Under the pieces are notes generated by a model. It searched no databases, had not been told where the DNA came from, and was given only the letters and a program-made list of their open reading frames with translations. Shown one piece after another: positions 1 to 10,455 of a stretch of 64,000 bases of DNA (its first letter is position 1; each line of letters opens with the position of its first letter). A program made the position numbers and the translations under genes. Where the stretch lies: contig CAWHXY010000004.1 in the NCBI GenBank assembly GCA_963833575.1, positions 64,001-128,000 of the forward strand. Direction: 5' to 3'. This DNA is from Candidatus Bathyarchaeota archaeon (GTDB lineage Archaea; Thermoproteota; Bathyarchaeia; Bathyarchaeales; Bathycorpusculaceae).

Positions 1-338
1 GCAAGTGCCAACGAAGGCTTAATTACTGCTTTCAGGTCGCTTCCACGAATATGAATCATCGCCTCAAAAATCAAGGGAGGAACAATTAAACCAACAAAAA
101 GACCACCGCCGCCCCCCTGGATTAACTGATTATAAATTAATTGAATTTGCAAAGAGATGTTTTGCATGGGAACTTGAAGCAGCCCGCCTTGAACAGACAG
201 CAAAGCTACAATTATGCTGATCAACACGCCGGTGAAAACTAAAACCAATGTATATGGAACTTTAAACCGTATTGAAATGAGGGCAGCTACAAAAGTCAAA
301 AGCAAGAATGCTGATATGACTAATTCTATACTTGCCAT
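1..338 (-). CDS. Cation:proton antiporter (CPA1/NhaP-like), N-terminal part; runs off the window
   Basis: Manual translation from ATG at 338: MASIELVISAFLLL...RFKVPYTLVLV...LIVPPLIFEAMIH; hydrophobic, with a CPA1-type PPLIFEA motif. Not in the ORF track. Confidence 0.8.
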   Translation of the reverse strand, partial: MASIELVISAFLLLTFVAALISIRFKVPYTLVLVFTGVLISIIVALLSVQGGLLQVPMQNISLQIQLIYNQLIQGGGGGLFVGLIVPPLIFEAMIHIRGSDLKAVIKPSLAL

Positions 339-693
339 CAGCCGTTCGCCCTCTAGTCTTAATTTTAATTATGCTTTTCATATCAAGGTGCTTAATCAAT
401 CTCTCGCTACCGATTAATAACCAAGCTCTTACTAACGGATTAAACAAAGCCTTAGCGACTATGGTCGATTAATAGCAGTATTAACACAAATTTTCTGAAT
501 TGATTTTTTTTATGAAAATTTCTTAAATAAAGTCAATTCCATGTCTGTTTGCCATTGCTAACTTGTGACTGTACTAAGCAACCAACACAGCTTTAAAACT
601 AAAAAATTCTGACTATTACATAACCACTTTTCGAACTTCTGTTAGAAGTAAAACTAAAGAAATCATAGTGGTCTAAAATAAACAGGCTAAACC

Positions 694-1368
694 ATGTCAC
701 AACCATTACCTCCCTCAGCGGTAGATTGGAATAATCTCTTCAATTTAGCCGCCTTCATAGCAATGGCAGCAGTAGCCATAGTCATGGGTGCAATGATTTT
801 CTTTGCGATAAAATATCGCGAGAAAAAAGGGCAAGCAAACTATATTCCACAAATAGAATTATCAAAAGGTCGTGCCAGAGAAGCTGTGATTTTCGCCATG
901 ATCTCGATAATAATTTTGACCAGCCTGACAATAGCTTCTTACAGACTTACGCCTAATGAGAGGTTTCCTCCTCCAGTTTCACAAAGTTTAGTAATAGACG
1001 TGACTGCTCACCAATGGTATTTTAATTTCACTTATCCCAACGGAGTATACTACGTTGGAACATGTTATGTACCCGCCAACAAAAGCATAATTTTTAACGT
1101 AACAAGCGCTGACGTTATGCATGATTTTGGCCTAATGGACTTCAGGGTCAAAATTGATGCGATACCAGGTAGATACAACGTAATTGGGGTTACTACTCCA
1201 CCTTTAGTTGGAAATAGTCAACTAAACTACACTATTCGATGTTACGAACTCTGTGGCGGTTCACACACCACCATGCAAGCACCGCTTATAGTTCTAGACC
1301 CTACTATTTTCAATCAGTGGCTCACTAACCAGACGGCCACAAACTCAACAGCATCAGGAGGAAGCTAA
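694..1368 (+). CDS. coxB: Heme-copper oxidase subunit II (CuA)
   Basis: Two TM helices, HQWYF, complete CuA ligand set VMHDF...CYELCGGSHTTM; no fused cytochrome c. Confidence 0.95.
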   Translation: MSQPLPPSAVDWNNLFNLAAFIAMAAVAIVMGAMIFFAIKYREKKGQANYIPQIELSKGRAREAVIFAMISIIILTSLTIASYRLTPNERFPPPVSQSLVIDVTAHQWYFNFTYPNGVYYVGTCYVPANKSIIFNVTSADVMHDFGLMDFRVKIDAIPGRYNVIGVTTPPLVGNSQLNYTIRCYELCGGSHTTMQAPLIVLDPTIFNQWLTNQTATNSTASGGS

Positions 1369-1372
1369 AAGC

Positions 1373-2956
1373 ATGTATCAAGGCTTCTCCCTCAAAGAGT
1401 GGCTAACCACAACCAACCACAAGCGAATAGGCATACTTTACATCATAACAGCAGTCTTTTTCCTAATAATTGCAGGATCACTCGGCATGCTCATGAGAGT
1501 TCAACTTGCTGCGCCAATGCAAAATTTCCTTGACGCATATCAGTATGATCAAGTTGTCACTTTACACGGACTTTTAATGATTCTATGGGTTCTCACACCA
1601 CTAGGAGCCGGATTAGCAAATTACATTGTACCACTCCAAATAGGCGCAAAAGACTTAGCGTTTCCCCGTTTAAACGCAACAAGCTACTGGACATACCTTT
1701 TCAGCGGAGTACTCCTTGTCGGAACAGTGTTTCTTCCTAATGGCGCACCAAACACAGGCTGGACTCTCTACGCACCACTAAATACCATCCAGTTTTCCCC
1801 TCAACCAGGAGCAACACTTGCAATTTTGGCACTTGGACTACTTGCAGTTTCAATAACAATGGCATCAATTAATTTTATCACAACCATCGTAAAAAACAGA
1901 GCAAAAGGAGTAACCTGGACACGCCTACCAATCTTCACCTGGTCCATATTGATGACTATGGCGCTGGCACTTTTCGCGTTTCCTCCGCTAGCAGCAGGAC
2001 TGGCATTGCTAACAAGCGACAGAATTCTAGGCACCGTCTTCTTCAGCTCTACACAAGGAGGCAGTATTTTATGGGACGAACTTTTCTGGTTTTTCGGGCA
2101 TCCAGAAGTTTACATTGTCGTGTTTCCGGCCTTAGGCATAATTGCAGAAGTTTTCATGACATTTGCTAAAAAGCCCCTGTTCCAGAGAAAAATTTTCATA
2201 ATAGAGTTTGCCGCAGTGACTTTTCTAAGTTTGGGAGTGTGGATGCACCATATGTTCACAACAGGAGTGAACTATGACGTGCTTCAAGCCTTCTCGGTTA
2301 CGACATTGGCTATTTCCATACCTTTTGAAGGTCTAGTTCTCGGCTTAGTTCTGACTCTCTATAAAGGGAGGATAAAGTTCACTGCGCCTATGCTTTACTG
2401 CATAGCTGCCATATTTACTGTCACTCTCGGCGGCGTCACAGGCGTCTTACAAGCCTTCCCAACATTAGATTACGCTTTCCGAGGCACATACTGGATAGTA
2501 GGGCACTTTCACTATGTCATGGCGGGAACCACACTATTCGGGCTTATTGCAGGGCTCTATTATTGGTGGCCAAAAATAACTAAGCGAAAATACAATGAAA
2601 CTGCCGCCAAAATCACATTTGCAATTTCATTCGTCGGATTTAATGTTCTCTATTTTCCGTATTTCTTCCTGTTAGATATGCCAAGGAGAATATCGACTTA
2701 CACTGTGCTCTCTGGCTGGGCATCTTTGAATTTTGATGCAACCGTCGGCGCTTTCGTTTTCGGACCCGCCGTCATATTGACTATACTAAATCTCATTATA
2801 AGTTACAGGAAAAATGTGCCTTGCGGACCGAATCCTTGGGAGGCAAAAGAGATGGAGTGGACAGGCGACTACAGCGGATCTGCAACTGTTACCCAAACAG
2901 CCACAACTCCCAACAATCTTGAGAACTCAAAGCCAAATGAGGATAATTCAAAATGA
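1373..2956 (+). CDS. coxA: Heme-copper oxidase subunit I, A1-like
   Basis: [12 protein letters not shown] (cross-link Tyr), WMHHMF, GHFHY, MPRR and D-channel motif DLAFPRLN. Confidence 0.97.
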   Translation: MYQGFSLKEWLTTTNHKRIGILYIITAVFFLIIAGSLGMLMRVQLAAPMQNFLDAYQYDQVVTLHGLLMILWVLTPLGAGLANYIVPLQIGAKDLAFPRLNATSYWTYLFSGVLLVGTVFLPNGAPNTGWTLYAPLNTIQFSPQPGATLAILALGLLAVSITMASINFITTIVKNRAKGVTWTRLPIFTWSILMTMALALFAFPPLAAGLALLTSDRILGTVFFSSTQGGSILWDELFWFFGHPEVYIVVFPALGIIAEVFMTFAKKPLFQRKIFIIEFAAVTFLSLGVWMHHMFTTGVNYDVLQAFSVTTLAISIPFEGLVLGLVLTLYKGRIKFTAPMLYCIAAIFTVTLGGVTGVLQAFPTLDYAFRGTYWIVGHFHYVMAGTTLFGLIAGLYYWWPKITKRKYNETAAKITFAISFVGFNVLYFPYFFLLDMPRRISTYTVLSGWASLNFDATVGAFVFGPAVILTILNLIISYRKNVPCGPNPWEAKEMEWTGDYSGSATVTQTATTPNNLENSKPNEDNSK

Positions 2957-3726
2957 AAGATGAAAAATCACAAACTGAAGAAAACAAATCTAGCTTCATG
3001 CCGCTCATAATTGCCGGAGGAGTCGCATTGTTCCTACTGGGACTTGCAATTTACATTCCGCTCCTCGTGGCTGGACTAATCATCGTCGCGGTTGCACTAC
3101 TCAAAGTATACAAAGACGGAAATGGGGAAAAGTTCGCCCAAACGAAAGAGACTGAGGAAGAAAAATTTCCTCTTGAATCGGTAAGTAAAGAGAAACTTGG
3201 ATTATGGATTTTTCTTGCATCCGAAATCTTGATTTTCGGATCCCTCATAGTCGCTTACATATATGTTCGAGTGAACAGCGTTTCGTGGCCAATAGCAACG
3301 CAAACACACGACGTACTGCTCGGAATGACAAACACAATTATTCTTCTTACGAGTAGCTTGACTATGATTTTGGCTCTTTACTCAATAAGAGCAGGCAACG
3401 TAAAAGGATTAAAAATCTGTTTAGGCAGCACCGTTGCGTTGGGCGTAGCTTTCTTAAGCATTAAGCTCGGAGTTGAATGGCCTGCTCTTATCCGCAACGG
3501 ATTCTCCATAAACAGTGGCTTGCCAGCCTCTACCTACTACGTGCTAACAGGACTTCATGCCATGCATGTTGCTGTGGGCTTAGTAGCAATTGGGTACTTA
3601 ATGATTCGAACATTTAACGGAGGATTCACCAGCACAAAACATGTTGCTGTGGAAAACATTGGGTTGTACTGGCACTTTGTGGACATCGTATGGATGTTCC
3701 TCTTTCCGCTTTTTTACTTGATTTAG
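2953..3726 (+). CDS. coxC: Heme-copper oxidase subunit III
   Basis: [26 protein letters not shown]; 4-nt overlap with coxA. Confidence 0.95.
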   Translation: MKDEKSQTEENKSSFMPLIIAGGVALFLLGLAIYIPLLVAGLIIVAVALLKVYKDGNGEKFAQTKETEEEKFPLESVSKEKLGLWIFLASEILIFGSLIVAYIYVRVNSVSWPIATQTHDVLLGMTNTIILLTSSLTMILALYSIRAGNVKGLKICLGSTVALGVAFLSIKLGVEWPALIRNGFSINSGLPASTYYVLTGLHAMHVAVGLVAIGYLMIRTFNGGFTSTKHVAVENIGLYWHFVDIVWMFLFPLFYLI

Positions 3727-3736
3727 GTGAAAAAAA

Positions 3737-4006
3737 ATGGCTGGAATAAAACTCTATATAGGAATCTGGCTTGGACTTGTGATAGCAACGGTTATGGAAG
3801 TTGTTGTTAGGTCTCTGCCAGGGGGAGAATCGTTAATTGTGCTTGTCATAGGTTTAATTGCCGGCGCAAAAGCCATCGTTATAGCGTTGTATTATCAGCA
3901 TCTGCGTTACGAAGGAATTAGACTCGCTACTCTACCTTTAGCTGCTGTTGTAGGCGTCGTTTTCCTAGGAGTTTCTGCCGCATTTACTCTTGCAATGGGG
4001 ATGTAA
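3737..4006 (+). CDS. coxD: Heme-copper oxidase subunit IV
   Basis: Three TM segments, KA...YYQHLRYE motif, operon position. Confidence 0.8.
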   Translation: MAGIKLYIGIWLGLVIATVMEVVVRSLPGGESLIVLVIGLIAGAKAIVIALYYQHLRYEGIRLATLPLAAVVGVVFLGVSAAFTLAMGM

Positions 4007-4008
4007 AC

Positions 4009-4530
4009 ATGCATAAATCAGACGTATCGCTTATCGCAATCATAGGTTTGGCAGCAATTTTCTACTTTGCAACAATGTCCATGCTGGTCTTTCATATTCA
4101 GCTTCCTTTAACGGCAAGTTCAAGTATTTCAGGCAAAACGCCAACAGTCAACATTATACTCTATGAGGGAGAAAATTCTGGCGGTCAATATGGCTTTGGC
4201 TATTCGCCAAACACTTTAACGTCACCTGGACCCACGCTTAGATTCACAACCTCCGATATTGTGAACATAACCGTCATAAACGTGGGAAAAGTACCCCATG
4301 CTTTCGCCATTACCAATGCCCCCCGAACTGGAGCGGGTGTACTCTTCAACGCTAAAATTGGATCAGAAAGCAATCCGCTTCAGCCAGCACAAGAAGGCTC
4401 AGTTGTTTTTGAGCCCAACTTAACCGGCTCGACATTTAGCTACATTTGCCCAGTTTCAGGGCAGGCTGAAGAGGGTATGTATGGTTCGATTATAATCAGC
4501 ACGATTTCAGGAACTGGAATGGGAATGTAA
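4009..4530 (+). CDS. Membrane-anchored cupredoxin (sulfocyanin/rusticyanin-like)
   Basis: N-terminal TM helix, PGPTL, PHAFAI, YICPVSGQAEEGMYG copper loop. Confidence 0.85.
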   Translation: MHKSDVSLIAIIGLAAIFYFATMSMLVFHIQLPLTASSSISGKTPTVNIILYEGENSGGQYGFGYSPNTLTSPGPTLRFTTSDIVNITVINVGKVPHAFAITNAPRTGAGVLFNAKIGSESNPLQPAQEGSVVFEPNLTGSTFSYICPVSGQAEEGMYGSIIISTISGTGMGM

Positions 4531-4537
4531 ACTTTCA

Positions 4538-5425
4538 ATGATAGGACAAATAATGTTTATGAAGCAAAAAATAGGAAAATATGTTGAGCTTACAAAGCCA
4601 AAAGTGACTCTCCTAAATCTACTTGTAGGCGTCACTTGCTTTGTACTTGCAGCATTTCCTACAGTTGACTGGTTAAAATTGGGAGTGTTTGCGGTTGTGG
4701 GTTATTTGGCTGCAGGTGGATGCGGTGTTTTGAACAGCGTTTACGACCAAGACATTGATAAGTTAATGCCGAGGACTTCAAAAAGAGCAATCCCATCTGG
4801 ATATGTAGACCAAATTAAGGCGTTAATGTTTGGCATTGCAATGATTGTTGGAAGCTTTGCCATCTCCTACTTATTTTTTAACCCGTTGACCGCCTTAATG
4901 CTCGGAGTTGGAGCAACCTTTTACCTCATAATCTATACTGTATGGCTGAAGCGAATCAGCCCTTGGAATGTGGTTATTGGTGGATTCGCTGGTTGTTTTG
5001 CTGCACTTTCAGGTTGGACAGCCGCCGTCAACACGTTAAGTTTAATGCCTTTGCTGGTTGCAATGCTTGATTTTCTGTGGACACCTGGACATCTTTGGGG
5101 ACTCGCTATCAAAAAAATCAGGGAATACAGAAATGCTAAGATTCCAATGTTGCCTGTTAAAGTCGGCATAAGCAAGGCTTCAAAAATTGTTTTTCTTCTG
5201 AATGTTTTCACAGTGGCTTTCTCTCTACTATTTCCCCTTCTACAGCTCACAGGCATCATTTACTTGGCCATTGCGTTAGTTGCTGGGAGCGGGTTTCTTT
5301 TCCAAAATCGAAGCTTAATATTTTCTACTTCTGAAGTAGCTGGATTCAAAGTATTTGTTGCTTCAATGCCATATTTAACGTGTTTAATGTTAGGGCTGAT
5401 TGTTGACAAACTTATCCTAATCTAG
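4538..5425 (+). CDS. ctaB: Protoheme IX farnesyltransferase (heme O synthase)
   Basis: LTKP, NSVYDQDIDKLMPRTSKRAIPSG, WTPGH, EY...IPMLP. Confidence 0.95.
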   Translation: MIGQIMFMKQKIGKYVELTKPKVTLLNLLVGVTCFVLAAFPTVDWLKLGVFAVVGYLAAGGCGVLNSVYDQDIDKLMPRTSKRAIPSGYVDQIKALMFGIAMIVGSFAISYLFFNPLTALMLGVGATFYLIIYTVWLKRISPWNVVIGGFAGCFAALSGWTAAVNTLSLMPLLVAMLDFLWTPGHLWGLAIKKIREYRNAKIPMLPVKVGISKASKIVFLLNVFTVAFSLLFPLLQLTGIIYLAIALVAGSGFLFQNRSLIFSTSEVAGFKVFVASMPYLTCLMLGLIVDKLILI

Positions 5426-6004
5426 ACGGGGCTTAATTCTTGGAACATGGGATTTTTGGGTAACTTCACTTATTTGTTCTACCCTGTCTGTCCATCCTAG
5501 ACTGCGGTATAATTCAGATGCAATTGAAAGAGGCGTCACAGCTATTTTCTTCCCAACAACATAAACATAATCAGGAGTAAAATCGAGCACGTAACCCCAA
5601 TCCCATTCTCCAACCTTAAATTGCAGGTTCCCTTCAACCTTAACTTTAACACCGTTTAAACAAAAATCGAAATAGTAACTTCTAACATAAACCGGGTATT
5701 CTTTGCCTTCAATCATTGCGTTTCTTGTGAGACGTTGGACCTGAAAAGTGATTTGCTGCGATGCAAATTCCTGAAATGCATAAAAAATTAGTTGTGCATC
5801 ATCTTTTGACGTCACGATTTCTATATGGTCAGGTTCAACTTTCACTATTCTCAGGTGCTCTGCCAAGTCGCCGCTGACAACCCACTTAATATTAGTATTT
5901 TCAAGTTTATCATGCAATACAATCAATGCGTCGACGTATTGCTTTGGGGTAACACTTACGAAGTTGCTAAATTGATCCCAAAACTCTTTGCTTGTAATGC
6001 TCAT
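5417..6004 (-). CDS. Hypothetical protein, nucleotidyltransferase-like fold
   Basis: WVVSGDLA...PDHIEIVT resembles a degenerate NTase signature. Confidence 0.5.
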   Translation of the reverse strand: MSITSKEFWDQFSNFVSVTPKQYVDALIVLHDKLENTNIKWVVSGDLAEHLRIVKVEPDHIEIVTSKDDAQLIFYAFQEFASQQITFQVQRLTRNAMIEGKEYPVYVRSYYFDFCLNGVKVKVEGNLQFKVGEWDWGYVLDFTPDYVYVVGKKIAVTPLSIASELYRSLGWTDRVEQISEVTQKSHVPRIKPRLD

Positions 6005-6034
6005 AGCAAACGCTCAAAACAAAAAAAGGTAAAT

Positions 6035-7858
6035 TTATTGTGTAACCAGTGGACCCGGACTTGCCAAGTACCTCTTTATTCCGTCGGCAGCAAGATAGAC
6101 CATGGCTCCAGCAACATGAGTTCCAGCGGTTAAGTTATCGCCGAAAGTATCACAGATTTCTCCGGCAGCAAACAAGTTTTCACTTGTCCAACATTGCATC
6201 CATTTATTAAACACTGAAGTAGCAGAGTTTGAGCCTGTTCTTGCGCCGCCTCTCATATGGTGCCCCCACCAGTCAACGTGTTGGGATAGTTCAGCGACAG
6301 TAGTTTTTTTAATTGCTGAAGCGTTTCCCATTTTGCCCAAAATATCTGTGATGTAGGTTGATTTGTTAATGAGGTAGTTTGACACTCGGTATGTGTTGGC
6401 GTCCCAGTCCAGAGTTATTCTTCCGCATGGGTCTCCGTAAATATCGTTGTAGTGAGGATCTAAGTCGGCGTAATGTTCCAGAAGAGGTAAATTTGGGCCA
6501 GTTCCTGAAAGGGTTGCTGTTATTTTCTGGGGTATTTTTTCATCTTTAAGTGTAGCTTTCCAGGTGCTTCCAAAGTTAGTTCTACTAGGCAAGTGTGTAG
6601 TGAAGGTGTTGGGTCCACTTCCCAAATAGTTGCCAAAGCTAAGCAGAACGCCACCCATGAAACTCAAGTCATCTGAATGACTGAATTTTGGGTTAACCTC
6701 ATTCAAATCCATTATTCCATATCCGCCGCCGGCAGCATTTCCACTGACATAAGTGTTTGCCCCAACATCTAGCTGAACGCTTGCGCTTGAAGTTGCTGGA
6801 TAGTAGCCTTCGGTTAAGCCTCGTCCTAAAGAACCCGTGTGCTTAACAGGATCATATGGAACGCCCATGCCTGAGAGAAGCATAGCTCGTATTAGGTTAT
6901 AGCCCCACAAACCATTGAACACGACTTTTGCAGGTTGAACATGTACTTTGCCAGTAGAATCATAATATCTAACGCCAGTCGCTTTTCCCGTGTTATCGGT
7001 GTCTATTCGAAACACGTAGGATTCAGTGCGTAAGTCAAACAATCCTGTGTTAACAGCGGCGGGTATTGTTGTAACATGCGAACTGCTTTTGGCACCTACT
7101 TCACATGGATAATTGCATAAGCCGCCGCACCATCCACAATAAACACAACCGTTTCGAGATATACCGTATTGATTTGTGTAACCACCGCTTATCAAGCCGT
7201 TCACACTTGGAAAAGGAGTGTAGCCAAGGCTTTCAACAGCGTTTTTGAAGATTGGCGCATATGCGGTTTCCGGGTGAGGAGGCATTGGAAACTTGGCGTT
7301 CGGAATAAATGGGTCTTGATTCGTGCCGACTACGCCGATAGCTTGCTCCCATTGGTTATAATATGGGACCATATCATCGTAGCTTACCGGCCAGTCTTCT
7401 AAGTCGAGTGTGCCGCCTTTAACACTGTCTACTATCGTTTGGTATCCTGCGTCACCATACTTTGCTTTAGTCATCGTAACGGGTTGGTATGACCAAGGAG
7501 AAAATCTTCCTAAGCCACCACCATAATGGGTTCCGACACCGCCAACAGCATGCCCTAAAGCATGATACTGAATATTTTTTGTGTAGCGTCTTACTGGTAA
7601 GGCAAATTGGCCGTCGGTGTTTCGAATTGTGAAAGTTGAAATATACAGAGGATGATCAAACTTTCGTTCCACTGCAATTGCCCATTCATCATCTTTGTTA
7701 TCTTGCCGCCAGTCAGTTGTATAGTCCCAGAAAGGACCTTTTTCTATACCGACAACATTGTATTTTGCAGCGGTAAGTTCAGCGGCTATCGGACCGCCCA
7801 TATGGCCAAGACCACATACCACAACATCGGTTTGGGGATGATTAATAACAGCAGACAT
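6035..7858 (-). CDS. GMC flavoprotein oxidoreductase, gluconate 2-dehydrogenase alpha-like
   Basis: GLGHMGG FAD motif, EDWPVSYDDMVPYY, Cys cluster CVYCGWC...CNYPC, HHMRGGAR; ATG at 7858 after a GGAGG RBS. Confidence 0.9.
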   Translation of the reverse strand: MSAVINHPQTDVVVCGLGHMGGPIAAELTAAKYNVVGIEKGPFWDYTTDWRQDNKDDEWAIAVERKFDHPLYISTFTIRNTDGQFALPVRRYTKNIQYHALGHAVGGVGTHYGGGLGRFSPWSYQPVTMTKAKYGDAGYQTIVDSVKGGTLDLEDWPVSYDDMVPYYNQWEQAIGVVGTNQDPFIPNAKFPMPPHPETAYAPIFKNAVESLGYTPFPSVNGLISGGYTNQYGISRNGCVYCGWCGGLCNYPCEVGAKSSSHVTTIPAAVNTGLFDLRTESYVFRIDTDNTGKATGVRYYDSTGKVHVQPAKVVFNGLWGYNLIRAMLLSGMGVPYDPVKHTGSLGRGLTEGYYPATSSASVQLDVGANTYVSGNAAGGGYGIMDLNEVNPKFSHSDDLSFMGGVLLSFGNYLGSGPNTFTTHLPSRTNFGSTWKATLKDEKIPQKITATLSGTGPNLPLLEHYADLDPHYNDIYGDPCGRITLDWDANTYRVSNYLINKSTYITDILGKMGNASAIKKTTVAELSQHVDWWGHHMRGGARTGSNSATSVFNKWMQCWTSENLFAAGEICDTFGDNLTAGTHVAGAMVYLAADGIKRYLASPGPLVTQ

Positions 7859-7859
7859 T

Positions 7860-8714
7860 TTACATACCTCCGCCTTCTTTCTGAAGATCACCCAAACTCT
7901 TGGGTTTTAACCGAGTAGGCGTTCCTGCAACCATTAACTTCTTTGCGCCTAAGCCAATGTCGTCTCCCCAGTAATTACCGTTAAAAGCTAATAGTTTCCA
8001 CCCTACTAATCCCTGGTTTCCGCCATATGCTGGATCAGCCCAGAAGCCAGCGACAACCATATCGTGAACTTCATTGAAGAATTCAGCGGCATTTGGACCC
8101 TGAAAAGCAGTCTGCAACGCTGTATTGCTTGATTTATTATCGAACAAATCTTGAAGCACCGATATCTGATCAGCAGAAGAAAGGATTTCAAATGGATTAT
8201 TTTTTGATGCCTTGCTATAATTTTCAAGAAATACGAGTCCTCGACGCCAGAACTCTCTTGGATTAAAAGCATACTGGTAAGCTGTTCCCGCCTGTAAACG
8301 CGGCGTTATGGTCCCTGTATAAGATATTGAACTTTTCGTTGTGTTCGGATAGACTGCTCCTATAACAGAGAGGGCACCAGCTTGTGGAGTAACAAATGGC
8401 CCCTGAAGATACATGTTGCCTCCTTTTCCATAGCTTCCAGCTAACATGTGGTCAATAAAATAGATGACACCAGCTTCTTTGGCGCCTGGACCGTTGCTAT
8501 CCGTTGGAATTATGGCTTCGGCTAAAGCTTCAACTATTAGACGTTCTGTTCCATTTAAAGTCAAGAATACTTGAGCACCTTGGTTCTGCTGCTGGCTCAC
8601 GTTGTTCTTTTCATTATTGATTGTATTTTCAAGAATGGGAATTTCAATTGCGCTTGCAACTCCAACACCTATCGCCGCTGCAGCACCAATTTTAATAAAT
8701 TCACGCCTATTCAT
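7860..8714 (-). CDS. Gluconate 2-dehydrogenase subunit 3 (gamma)-like protein with Tat signal
   Basis: MNRREFIK twin-arginine signal; IIPTD-GPGAKEAGVIYFID; GFWADPAYGGNQGLVGW. Confidence 0.9.
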   Translation of the reverse strand: MNRREFIKIGAAAAIGVGVASAIEIPILENTINNEKNNVSQQQNQGAQVFLTLNGTERLIVEALAEAIIPTDSNGPGAKEAGVIYFIDHMLAGSYGKGGNMYLQGPFVTPQAGALSVIGAVYPNTTKSSISYTGTITPRLQAGTAYQYAFNPREFWRRGLVFLENYSKASKNNPFEILSSADQISVLQDLFDNKSSNTALQTAFQGPNAAEFFNEVHDMVVAGFWADPAYGGNQGLVGWKLLAFNGNYWGDDIGLGAKKLMVAGTPTRLKPKSLGDLQKEGGGM

Positions 8715-8882
8715 CGGCAAAAAACACCTTAACTAGCATAAACAAAAAAGAGCTTTTAAGTTTATGTTGTAGTCTAGTGCTTGCAACAACAACCAAGAGC
8801 TAAGAAGATACCTACCACTTAACATCAACTAACTGGTTAAGCAATCCCCTATTCTATCAGGAAGGGTACTTCCTTAATCATA

Positions 8883-9191
8883 TTAAAACTCTGGAACATC
8901 ATCAAAGTTGTCGGAAGCTACAGTGTTTTTTAAGTCAGTTCTAACGAAGTCTTTCCCATCCACAGTTACGAGATGTACATCTTGGCCTTTGCGCCATTTG
9001 CCCATAGGAGTTCTAAAAACTGTAGCGTAGGTACAACCTTCCTTTATTTTTGAAATAAGGTCAGTTCTGGAAAAAATGATGTTCTCGCAAACTACACAGC
9101 CAAAATCCGAATGGCACTCTACACAATCTATTTGCTTCTGGTCGGGGCTAGTTCTGACTGCAGAGACTAAGTAATCAGCCCATTTATCCAT
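8883..9191 (-). CDS. DUF3892-like protein
   Basis: WADYLVSAVR...W-KG--V...FVRTD...DNFDDVPEF pattern. Confidence 0.7.
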   Translation of the reverse strand: MDKWADYLVSAVRTSPDQKQIDCVECHSDFGCVVCENIIFSRTDLISKIKEGCTYATVFRTPMGKWRKGQDVHLVTVDGKDFVRTDLKNTVASDNFDDVPEF

Positions 9192-9414
9192 ATATATCGC
9201 CTGCCGCTGTCTTATTTCGAAGTATTATTTAACGCTTATTGAACATAGCAGAGAATATTTTAAAAATATTTAATATGCTCTAACAAAAAGAATTGGCTGC
9301 AAGGATATCTTTTGTCTATTTGAAGCTCAAAGTTTTGTTCCATTTGTTATAATAAAAACTAAAAAGGGATGAACTGGTTTCTACCGACAGAAATCCTGTT
9401 TTGAAAGATAGCAT

Positions 9415-9762
<348 letters not shown>

Positions 9763-9814
9763 TCACTCCATTAACATTGCACACAACAAGCTTAGCTATT
9801 AACTTTTTTCTTAA

Positions 9815-9991
9815 TTAACTTCTTTTCTCTTCATTGGAGGAAGCGCTCGACAGCTCTTCACTCATCTTGTAGGCTTTTTCCTTTAGCACGTTGATTTCTT
9901 CGCGAAGTCTATTCATTTCCCTATCTTTTGCCTGCTCAATGGCCAGGTTAAATTTGTTGAAGTCTTCATCTAACTTGTCCTTATTTGTCAA
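9815..9991 (-). CDS. Small charged helical protein (58 aa) inside the ATPase cluster
   Basis: Manual translation from TTG after GGAG: MTNKDKLDEDFNKFNLAIEQAKDREMNRLREEINVLKEKAYKMSEELSS...; fills the gap between usp and atpK. Confidence 0.6.
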   Translation of the reverse strand: MTNKDKLDEDFNKFNLAIEQAKDREMNRLREEINVLKEKAYKMSEELSSASSNEEKRS

Positions 9992-10010
9992 AGAATAGGT
10001 GCTCCAACAT

Positions 10011-10454
10011 CTATTTCACAACTAGGACGGGGCAATGAGCGTATTCAATCACGCGTTCGGCTACGCTGCCGATGAGAATTCTTTCGGCGCCTCTTCGTCC
10101 GTAAGTTCCAAGCACAATTAAATCCATTTCTAAGCCGTTAGACAGATGTACAATTTGCTCAAATGGTCTTCCCTTTGCAATCAAAGACGTTGCTTTAACG
10201 CCTTCTTTATCAGCTAAACCCAGAATATAATTGACGTATCGTTGACCGTCATCTTTGAGTTCCCTTTCGATATCTTCGCGTTCTGTTACTTTGGCAAATC
10301 TGTCGATAACAACTTCATCTAACACGTAAACGACCATAATTTGTGCATCGTGGGTTTTGGCGATGCTTATGGCGTATTCTGCAGCATGAATGCTGTAGTC
10401 GGATCCATCGGTGGGTACCAAGATTTTTTTTATGGTTTGCGAACTGAACTTCAT
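10011..10454 (-). CDS. Universal stress protein
   Basis: KKILVPTDGS...DLIVLGTYGRRG...IGSVAERVI...CPVLVV. Confidence 0.95.
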   Translation of the reverse strand: MKFSSQTIKKILVPTDGSDYSIHAAEYAISIAKTHDAQIMVVYVLDEVVIDRFAKVTEREDIERELKDDGQRYVNYILGLADKEGVKATSLIAKGRPFEQIVHLSNGLEMDLIVLGTYGRRGAERILIGSVAERVIEYAHCPVLVVK

Positions 10455-10455
10455 T

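Noticed and set aside
214-447. Track ORFs 214-417 and 262-447
   Set aside because: Shadows of the antiporter frame that starts at 338 on the minus strand
1373-2956. Nitric oxide reductase instead of an O2 reductase
   Set aside because: GHPEVY with the cross-link Tyr, a CuA subunit II and subunit III all point to an A-family oxidase
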